The position numbers and the translations under genes are program-made. A DNA stretch of 64,000 nucleotides from Antedon mediterranea. Taxonomy: Eukaryota > Animalia > Echinodermata. This document shows, piece after piece, positions 54,149-64,000 of this stretch (its first letter is position 1; every line of letters starts with the position of its first letter). The notes under the pieces are model-generated. The model was not told the DNA's origin. It did not search any database and saw nothing but the letters and a program-made list of their open reading frames with translations. Location of the stretch: assembly GCF_964355755.1 (NCBI RefSeq), contig NC_092672.1, positions 33,238,437 through 33,302,436 of the forward strand. Reading direction: 5' to 3'.

Positions 54149-54320
54149 CTAATTGGTGGTTCGTCATAAAAGTCCAGTTTTTGAAATTTCATTTTATTCT
54201 CTCATACGTCTATAAAAAGGATGTATTTCATTGTAATGTAAATTTAAATCTTGGTTGCACTCTCTCATGTGGACAAACTACACGTTTGTTTTGTCCTCTG
54301 CTGCGATCGATCATTCATTT
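54149..54320 (-). promoter_or_regulatory. Putative non-coding first exon (5' leader with uORFs) of the ATPase
   Basis: Donor AG|GTAGGTAA at 54149/54145, acceptor at 53811, several ATGs, none in frame with the main ORF. Upstream TCACGTG and TGACGTAA motifs. TSS not known. Confidence 0.5.
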
Positions 54321-55623
54321 ACATTAATGGTAATAATGAATATTCATTAATCTATGGATCACGTGTAAGCTTAAAAATGACGTAAGACCATTGATGTAAA
54401 ATTCAAGAGAAAAAGAATTATTTCTTACAAAAAACATTTTAACAGTTTTAATTATTGTTCTTTCTTTATTAAATTCTTCATTTATTGATATTCTATTTAA
54501 TATAAAAAATAAAGATTTTATATTATAAATTATTTTTGTGTGTAAATATGTTGTGTATATCTGAAATGAACGAAAGTCCTAAATGTTTATAATAAATTCA
54601 TGCATTGATGATTAATATGAGAACTAAACCTCATTTTCCGATGTTATAATAGATGCCAATATATTTTTATTTTTAATAGAGCCCTCTATGGTTTGATGCC
54701 ATTTTCAAATTGTTGTAGTGCCCTCTATAGTATAAATATGATGCGCGACTAAAAAAGTTATGCACGTACGTACAGTATCGTTTTTGACAGCGAGCCGTTA
54801 AGACGAGCCAATACTTGACACCTATAGCCTATAGGGAGTGATAAAATACAGATAGATTTGCCTGGAAAAAACTTGTATCTACCGCCGACTGTGAGTTTGC
54901 CTAAATTATTCTAACGCTTTTAGTTTTTACTAGATTGGAGGCCATCAACTTAAAAAAAAAAAGCAAACCCCATTTGTGGGTTGGATGAATTGAGAGGAGA
55001 GGGGTGTAATAATATTTTAATAAAATTCGAAAGAAATAGTAGGCTTGCTCAATAATTAATCAATTTAAGACACGGGCAAATTTTAGAATGTGTCGTCAAT
55101 CCCTTTTGGCTTTGTTTGGCGGAGGGGTGGATTTTCTTTTGATGAGCCGTCTATCATTAGAGCCTCTGAAATGTAAACTGAATTTTACAAATTTATTTAG
55201 TTAGTAGGCCCACCTTTACTCTTCCAAATTTTCTATTCTCATATGCCTAGCCTATACTTTATATTAATTATTTGATTTACCAACCAACTCTCACCGTACA
55301 TACAATTGTTTTGTTCAGTACAGTAATACCGTCCAACAGCGTCAAAATGTGTACCACATTCGCGTGGGACAACGTCACACATGTGACACATGTGAGGCGC
55401 AAAAATTGGCGCTGTTTTACGGAAGTCGATATACTACAATTAAGGATGTTTCTACCACAATTACTCTTCAACGTTGTAATAGTCACGCATTTATAAGTGT
55501 TATAAAATGTTATGTTATCGATGGTTAATGTATATTTTTAACGTTTATTCTGTAAAAGATCTCTTCAAATCAAATTCCTTAAATGCAACAAAGTAACCTT
55601 CGGTTCACATGGCTATTTGTCTT

Positions 55624-55882
55624 AAGCTCTGTCTACACTATTAAACTAGTTTGACAAAAAAGGGTGAGATGTGCTCAAATATGGTAGTGATATGCCCAAA
55701 TATGGTAGTGATATGCCCAACACAAGTAAAAAGAAAGAAATGTTCTTTTTTATTGTTATTTTGTTTTAAAAGAAATAAATGTTAACTTGAATTGAATTGA
55801 ATTGAAAATATGGTATCGATATGTCCATAATGGGCACATCAAATTTTTTGTCACATACAGTTTGATAATGTAGACAGAGCTT
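55624..55882. mobile_element. MITE family A copy with an internal retro-tail-like insert
   Basis: Both TIRs present; internal AATAAA...(TTGAA)n segment near 55720-55806. Confidence 0.7.
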
Positions 55883-56023
55883 TAGACAGGTGGTGAATTA
55901 CCGATGTTTTTCATACATGAGAAAAGGACACTATTTTCTAAAATCATTCTGAAGATTGAATGAACACATACGATAGCTGTTTACTACATGTTAATAAGTA
56001 AAGTTGAATAAATAAATTACATA

Positions 56024-56975
56024 ATTTATTTATTTATTTATTTAGGTTTAAAAACACATACAAAACAGCAGCCATTGGCTGATAACGTTTGTTTACAATC
56101 AATATACATATATAATTAAAAGTAAAAGAGGCACAATTACAAACAGTATAGAAAAATAACTATATATTATATAAAACACAAAATACAATATTATTCGTTC
56201 ATAAAATTGAGTACGTCATTATTATTATTATTATTTAAGATTATTATTAGTATATACATTATTAAAATTATTATATAAAAGGTCGAAACGGCATCGAGAA
56301 AGTGAGAAATAATCATGGAAATCAACCCATATCAGTTAGCATTAATAAACTTAACAATCGTATGGCAGACCTTTGGTATCGTTCAGTTTTACACCTGGGG
56401 GGGAAGGAGACTTCCGGTACTAGTTGTATTAGACCTAAGGGTTCTCTTCTGCCCGCGGCAAGGAGGTAGCATGTCTCGAAAATAGTTGGACTTGAGTAAC
56501 TCCCTGCCAAAGGACAACACAAGAGTGTCTCTCCTTGCCTCGAGAGAAGGTAACCCTGTAACCTCTAGGGCATTGTCATAGGAAATGTAGGTAGCACCTA
56601 ACATTATTCGACATGCTCTTTTCTGGATGGTCTCAATGCTGTTGGCCATTTTCTTGGTAATAGCACCATGCCATACCTGGCAAGCGTATTCTAAGATGGG
56701 CCTAATGTAGGAAGTGTACACAGTGATTAGGTCATCATGAACAACATTGACTTTTTTTTAAAATACATAGAGCAAAGAGTCTTCTTGATGCCCGTGAGAC
56801 AATATCTTGGGTGTTGAGGTCCCACTTCAAATTACTTTGAATTATGACGCCAAGCAATCTCATATGTTCTACTACATCAAGGTTGGGGCCATTTAGATTA
56901 AAAATGGGAGACGCAGCGTCAACGCTGATGTTTTTCAAAAAGTTAACAGTCATTATATGGCACTTAGAGGGCTTT
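56024..56975 (-). mobile_element. Decayed 5'-truncated LINE (CR1/L2 group)
   Basis: ORFs 56735..56953 (LLGVIIQSNLKWD) and 56389..56721 (YTSYIRPILEYACQVWH...IQKRACRIML...LPSLEARR) broken by a stop or frameshift; (TAAA)n tail. Confidence 0.88.
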
Positions 56976-57954
56976 GGGATGATAAGCCTGCATTAACAAC
57001 ATTCATAATGTTAACATTGGATTATTTACAGATAATGTTGTCCACATTGATTCCGTTCACATCAGTTGTAAAACTACGACAACATCATCTGATATGTTTA
57101 TTGATACTTTACATGTTCTGGTCGTCAGGTAAGTTACGCGGCAATTATTCAATTATTATCAATTTATTATTCGTTATTACATGTATTAGTTTCTAGTTTG
57201 ACAGTGTGCGCGACCATTGACCTCAATTATGCCTGTAAGTATATGCAAATATCGGAGTTTTGATAAATTGTATAATTATTTTATTTGACATAACGAAATA
57301 ATCCATTATGAATAATTAAAATATAAGAAATCATTTGCAATTATAAAGTAGCATAATGTTTGGTTCCCACAGAGAGACACAACGCAAAGATGTAAGCGCA
57401 ACGTAATCATGTTGACCAATCAGCGGCGACTGTTCGAATAATATATCGCTTGTGATTGATCAAATCACTTCGTGTTGTGTTACGTCCGTGCGTTGCGTCC
57501 TAGAGCGTGACCAATCACAAGCGATGGGTTGATTGTCATGTCAATTTTCATCGGTACCTCAACTCGCTTGCATTTTGTCTCTAGTGGGAACCACGCTTAC
57601 GTATAGATCTAAAAATTCCTTTGACGAAACATTCTTCGGTATAGTTCTTCAGTTAATATTTATAATAAAGTATAGCTAAAGATTCGTTGTTGCCCCAATA
57701 CAAGTATTAAATCACCCAATTTGATTACGTCTGTGTTCTTTTGACATTTATATTCGTTTGGTAAATCCTGAAAACGAAGCCCCGTGTTTTCAGATTTTAA
57801 TTTGCTTCTTTTTAAGGTTTTACGGTACTGTGTAAAGCTTATAAGCTTTACTAGTTCCCACTAGTGACGTAACGTAACGCAATCTACGCAACGTAAGAAA
57901 ATGCCTTCCAACAATTGTGTTTGCTCCCGCCTGCGTAAAATCAAACCTCAAGCG

Positions 57955-59028
57955 GGGTGTCACGAAACCTAAGACCACGAAAGCTAATACCCCCTAAGAC
58001 CTAAGATCACGAAAGCTAAGACCCAAGACCTAAGATTACTAATATTTATCTTTCGCACCTGCCTTGTATTTTAACTCCCAACATTTATTCTGAATACCAC
58101 ACCTTAGAATTGGCACTTTCATGAAAAAGAATCACATAAAAAGTAACAAATACATTTTTAAATTGATGATTTTACAGACGTTTTTCTCGCACGCAAAATG
58201 ACTAGCCTACAGTACAGTAGGCCTACCCCATGTTCAATGTTTTTGTTTGTATGGAACGTCAAAAGAGCAAAAATTATATAGAGGGCTGAAAACTCTGTGG
58301 AGTCCATCTACAGTGTGGATGGAACAATGTAAAATTAAAATTGTAATGATAATAGTATAATCATGCAAGTACGAGGAAATAAATACTGGCAAATAAATTT
58401 TAATTAAAAAATCATGATAAGTTTTTTTGTTTCGTTTTCTTTTTGTTTTTATACTTGTACTATTATTGTTGCTCTTTTGGCGCTCCATAGAAACAAAAAC
58501 ATTGAGCATGGGGAGCTCGAGGAGTTACATTACAGTATACAAAGAAACACATCTGTAAAATAATAAATTTAAAGGATTTATTTTTTTTGTTATTATGTGT
58601 TTCTCCTTTTGAAAGTACTTATAAGTCCTAATTTTAAAGTGTGGTGTTCAGGATAAAGTTAGTCAAGAAATTTGGAGTCAAAATACAAGAAAGGCAGGTG
58701 CGTAAGAAAAACATCCTCTGAACCAACACAATGGAGTAAATATATACAAACAAACACCCCGTCAAGTTTGTTTGTTGTAAAGACAAAATATACATTTACT
58801 CAACGGGCGAAAATAATGTGAGTTTATCTATGTTTTGCGGTGGTATTAAATTATATTTATGGTAATAAATGAAACCTACTGTGTTTAAAATTAAGTATGG
58901 ATAAACAAGTATTGTTTTTAAGCTGTAGTATATCTTAGAATTTGTAATCTTAGGTCTTGGGTCTTAGCTTTCGTGATCTTAGGTCTTAGGGGGTCTTAGC
59001 TTTCGTGGTCTTAGGTTTCGTGACACCC
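57955..59028. mobile_element. MULE/Foldback-like non-autonomous element (1.07 kb)
   Basis: 10-bp TSD ACCTCAAGCG (57945-57954 and 59029-59038); long TIRs GGGTGTCACGAAACCTAAGACCACGAAAGCTAA with internal subrepeats. Confidence 0.88.
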
Positions 59029-59064
59029 ACCTCAAGCGTGGTTCTACGGTGGCCTATAAGTGTC

Positions 59065-59390
59065 ACGGCAACTTTCAAAAAATATCACGGCAATTATTTC
59101 AAAAAAAGCCACGGCAATTTGAAAAAAGCCACGGCAATTTGAAAAAAGCCACGGCAATTTGAAAAAAGCCACGGCAAATTAAAAATAAAACATCACGGCA
59201 AATTAAAAATAAAACATCACGGCAAATTAAAAATAAAACATCGCGGCAATTTAACAAAAATACCAGGGCAACTTAAAAATGAAACACCACGGCAAATTAG
59301 TATTGAAACACCACGGCAAATTAGTAATGAAACACCACGGCAAATTACAGAATGCCACGGCGGAAGTGAGTTACCACGGCGGAAGTGAAA
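59065..59390. repeat. 20-23-bp minisatellite with CACGGCAA core (about 14 copies)
   Basis: Repeated ...CACGGCAA(A/T)TT... units; possibly a transposon subterminal array. Confidence 0.88.
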
Positions 59391-59743
59391 CCTTACACTG
59401 ACAATACAATGATCAACAGGTCAACCAAACCACTGATTAATATTGATGGCACCGTTTATTTTATAAATGTCTCAATAAACCTAAAAAAAATATTAAATTT
59501 TTAATGTATAGGAAAAATATTAAACTGATGAGGTTAACAATTACCTAACTTAATTTAATTAGTAAAAATGGTTACATCATGTGGTTAAAATCAGTACCGA
59601 AAGTACGAACCAACTTTATATACCATCTAGTAAAATAGAAAATAATGCGCGATTTACCGAATTTTGTCCTTACGTAAATTTATATATAGATGCTTCACTA
59701 GTCTGAACAGTTTTAAGACTTGAAAACGTCGCTATTACATCTA

Positions 59744-59939
59744 AAGCCTGTTTTCCTGTCAACGTTATTCGATGCTATCGTCAACAATAATTGGCGATCT
59801 TCTACGGGACGTAAACATTGAAATGTTAACGATTTACACGAAAAGGTACTCGCTCATTTATCGTTTTCAAACAATCGTCGTTGAACTGTTAACGATCAAC
59901 GACGATAGCGTCAAATAACGTTGACAGGTAAACAGGCTT
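59744..59939. mobile_element. MITE with long TIRs
   Basis: AGCCTGTTTTCCTGTCAACGTTATT ... AATAACGTTGACAGGTAAACAGGCT. Confidence 0.8.
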
Positions 59940-59941
59940 TA

Positions 59942-60412
59942 AGCGTGGTTCCCACTAGAACGCAACGCAGCAACGTATCGACTCAAGGTGCTGTATTACG
60001 TAATCACAAGTGGGAACCGACGACGCAATACTGCTGCCGTACTTTGAGAAAAGGCATTATCTACATTTTTTTCGAAATTAAGACTTTTGTCTTATTTCAT
60101 TCTTAAGGACATATAACTTAACATCTGAATTGACCATACATGGCATATTTTTGTTTGATGTTCTTCTCAAGACTATACATTTAGAAATAGAATATTATTT
60201 GTATGTTTTTTATAATAAACAAAAACGCGTTTTGCTCATTTACTCAAAAGTACCTTTTTGTAGATAATGCCTTTTCTCAAAGTACGGCAGAATAGTGCTG
60301 CATACATCTCAGGTTTGATTTCACGCAGGCGGAGGCAAACACAATTATTAGAAGGGAATTTGCTTACGTTGCGTAGATTGCGTTACGTTGCGTCGCTAGT
60401 GGGAACCACGCT
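59942..60412. mobile_element. MITE family B copy with a nested palindromic insert (about 60032-60290)
   Basis: Family B TIRs; internal CTGCCGTACTTTGAGAAAAGGCATTATCTACA ... TGTAGATAATGCCTTTTCTCAAAGTACGGCAG inverted repeat. Confidence 0.8.
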
Positions 60413-63400
60413 TTATGTACTCGTACGTTGTTAATGCACAAAACGCCATATGAGCTCCACATGGGTGGAGGATACCAGCGCTAAAATTCCAGACAGGTGT
60501 TAGTATTACCTACCATTACCTACTTACCTACACTACAAACAATAAAACAACGATCCTTTTGAAATAGAAACTTACTGTGATAGCTTAGTGGATGTAAAAA
60601 CCCAACAAAGTGAAGTTTGCCAATATAAAATATACGAAAAAGTATATGTATGGAACTACGAATAATCTCTCTAATGATATTGAAACGTGAACGTACCAAT
60701 AAAGCAATGGTAAATCATAGAGGACTAGACTGGCTTTGACTGACCGTGTCATGTAACAGTATGGGAAGCCAAATCTGCTAAACTAGATTTTAATTCGTCA
60801 TTTTGACGAATCATAATATGTAATTCTATTCTAATAGATCACTTAAAGATGTATTGTCCCTTTGTCAAATTCCAAAAAAAAAAAAGAGATTTCGAAAAAA
60901 AGTGGGGCATTTTGAAGTATCATAATAGTTATTAATTTTCACCAAAAATAAGTAAAAAAAAAATAATTTAACTGAAATACAGACGTTTTTTGGTTGAAAA
61001 AATAACTTTTACTTCCAGTCAAAGTTTTCTATCAAAACATATCTCATAATGCAACGAGCTTATTTGGCTACTCTGTCTGCATAATCATAAAACTTCCTCG
61101 CGATCTGTGTGAGAACACCTTCTCAAAGCGTGACGAGTTGTAAACAATCCTAATTAGCATCATGCATAATGTATACTCATGGTTTGAAATGGACGATTAT
61201 CCAGACGAAATGTAATCAAATTAAAAATTGTTGTTTTTGGCACAAATGTATACTAGTACTGTCTCATAGATAATTATTCTTTCGTTAAGAGGCATAACAC
61301 TGTTTCGATATTCTATATTTTGGACAAACGTCTCTTTAGTTATTGTTTCTTTTTTTGTTAGTGATACTACTACACTATCTTTGGTACACATGGTTCTCGG
61401 TATCAGTATCAGAGCCATACAATATACTGAATGAGTTACGACATTGCGTGCACAGATTTTAAAAAGTCACGTGGTACATTAACTGCTATATCTTCGTGTC
61501 TAACTATGCCTATGTATAGTATAAAGCCTTGTCTACACTATCAAACTTTATGTGTCAAAAAAATATGGTGTGCCCATATATAGACATGATGATGTCATGT
61601 CACTACCATATTATTTAAGCACAGCACTAGCGCGCGTTAAAGACAGCAAAACGTATCTTGCGCAGTCAATTACTTTTAATAATCAACTTGAATCGAGGTG
61701 GTTCCTAATGAACGAGGAATCCGCAGGTGCTCATATGGCTCGATCTGTAGTGCCACCGACTTTGGTATCAGAGGTACCGGGAGCAAATCCCATCACGGGA
61801 AAACAATTAAATATAAGGATTTATTTGGTTATTACACCGAAAGGGCAGTTTTAATTTTGAATAGGCTACTTTTTGGAAAAGACATAACTGAAAAGTACTT
61901 GAATGCGCAAGATACGTTTTGTTGCGGGCGGATAACCAAACTCGTCCTCAAGTGACGAGTTTAGATCTAGTCTTGATATCAGTTTCATCTATCTAAGTCA
62001 ATTTTTCAGAGTATATTCCTTATAGCCAGGAATCGATGTGGTTATGTTTTCAGGGTGCGCAATCAAACATTACGCGGTCTACGCGCGATTTAACGAAATC
62101 ACGTTTGTAATAATATCTTCACAAGCATGAATCACTTTTAAACAAAATTTGGTATTCATAAATTTCAGGTCATATTTCATCATATGGCAATACAATTACG
62201 TGCGTAGCGCATATAACGCATGCGTACGCGCGCTTAAAATATTGAAAATTGTCAGAATTTATTTTCGATGAAATTAGAGTAAGTTTCAGGCAATTTTAAG
62301 CGTTTAAAAAATTGCCATGAGTGCGCAGATTTTTGCCCGCGCAGTGCGCGTCAAACGTTAATGCGCACTGTTTTTGTCCGATTACTGTTGTATAACCTTT
62401 CTTTAATAATATCATCATATTTTATTCACTTTTCAACGCGAAACAGCGTTATACGAGCACGTCAAACGTGACAGGCTACGCACGTGTAAGTTAACAAAAT
62501 GGTGAAAATATGCTAAATTTAAAAATTAATGTACAGTATATCGTTAGAATGCTCGGGAACACCTATTTTTTATTTAATTTTCTTGAAGTGTATGTATCAT
62601 AATGTATGATTTATTATGAAATTAGAAGAACAAAAGTTGATTAAGTCATCATTAATGGCATATTAAATTTAACAAAATTAATTTCGACAATCAAACAAAT
62701 TATAACATTTTCTTAGGTCAAAATAACAAACTTAACATTAACTTTCTTCCTTAAGAAGTTCATATATTAAAGTTAAAAGTATATAGTTTGACAGTGCATC
62801 ATTTTTAAAAATTTTTAAAGATGTCATCATAGTAAAACATTATAATTCATTGCGGTATGTAATAATCTATCTGCACCAAAGTGGTTACTGCATAGTAAAT
62901 ACACGGAGGAATCTTTCTATAACTTTTAGTCAGTTGTGTATGGCTCGGTGGTCTTTGCTCGTGTCTATAGCATTCAAGTACCGAGTTCGAGTCTCACATT
63001 GGGAAACCAAACGAAATAAGATTTTTTTTATTATCCGTATTGGTTGTTCAATTGTATTTCTTAGTGTATAGATTATACACATGATTTATAATGAAATCTA
63101 AATAAAAACACAAATGTGGTTTATGACATTATATACGCAGAAAGATCTTTGATCGGATTATGATACCGGCTATTGTATTTGCGTTAGCAAGATCCTATCA
63201 TATATTATAAATAACTAACAATTCTGAGAAAATCAATCAATATATCTTAAATCAATCAATTATCTTTATTTAAATCAATGCATATAACCTATAATTCGTC
63301 ATAGTGACGAATTAAATCTAGTTATACATTTATTTAGTATTAATTTTAATAACTTAAACCAATTTTCTATTTGGCGAATTGACTAATGAGCATGCATATT

Positions 63401-64000
63401 AATATTTTCATCTACTTTTTGTGATGTAGGCCTAAACACAGTCAATCAGAACTAAAAAAATGTTTGATTCGACATTAGGAACTATTATTCATAAAAGGTG
63501 AGAGATATGAACAATAATTCCCCTTTAGTATAACTATTGTGTGTCATAATTAACAGAACTTACTAGGCAATGGGATGGAATTTTTGGCTGTCAGATTTAG
63601 GCCCTATACTCCTTTAGCCTTTACTTTTCCCAAGGTTACCACAGAGAAGTGGTGATTTTCTGTCAAGGTTAACTCTTCTACCAGGAAACGAAAAGGTACT
63701 GGGGTCGGGACTCATCTTAATCCTCTACTCTACTACAGTTCCAATAGATCAATAATTAACATACTACTCGTGCTAATGTCTTTAAATTTAAATTGTAAAA
63801 CTCTACTAGAACCTGTTGTTCCATTGCACCATGGACCGGCGGTATATTCATTGTACAAGTAGCAGAGGATAGTAGTATATTAATAATAATAAAATGGCTC
63901 TACATAACATAAAGTATGCCTACTATTTATTTTTTATTTATTATTTTTTATTTATTCAACTTCTCACTAACACTGTTAGTGAAGGATCGGAACCGACAGG

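Noticed and set aside
54145-54192. MKFQKLDFYDEPPIR as the true N-terminus of the ATPase
   Set aside because: Both candidate donors lead to an immediate stop; the ATG at 53778 aligns with known ATP13A3 N-termini.
61724-61800. tRNA gene
   Set aside because: Only a degenerate tRNA-like head with a broken B box; probably a SINE relic, too weak to call.

Overview
AT-rich, intron-rich animal genomic DNA (invertebrate; a deuterostome such as an echinoderm is plausible but is only an inference). It is not prokaryotic and has no CRISPR array. Left to right: (1) the first three coding exons of a calsyntenin gene on the minus strand, which runs off the left edge. (2) A non-autonomous Helitron. (3) A 6.6-kb tandem array of about 31 tRNA-Phe(GAA) genes and pseudogenes plus one outlier. 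The array has higher-order structure, a 5'-truncated LINE inside one anticodon arm, a second LINE tail in a spacer, and one copy with a GTA anticodon. (4) A six-coding-exon LZIC gene on the plus strand, head-to-head with calsyntenin, with an apparent 1-nt frameshift in its last exon. (5) A complete 27-coding-exon P5B-type ATPase (ATP13A3/ATP13A2-like, about 1193 aa) on the minus strand. (6) A transposon-rich intergenic region. Introns carry many MITEs, Kolobok-, piggyBac- and hAT-like elements, SINEs and minisatellites; a MULE-like element lies in the intergenic region. Most notable: a MITE-bracketed inverted copy of the ATPase GDGAND exon inside a downstream intron of the same gene, repeated DNA capture by that MITE family, a triplicated half-exon with decoy splice donors, a uORF-rich leader on the putative polyamine transporter, and CLSTN-LZIC linkage like that at human 1p36. 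All coordinates were read by eye and may be off by a few bases.
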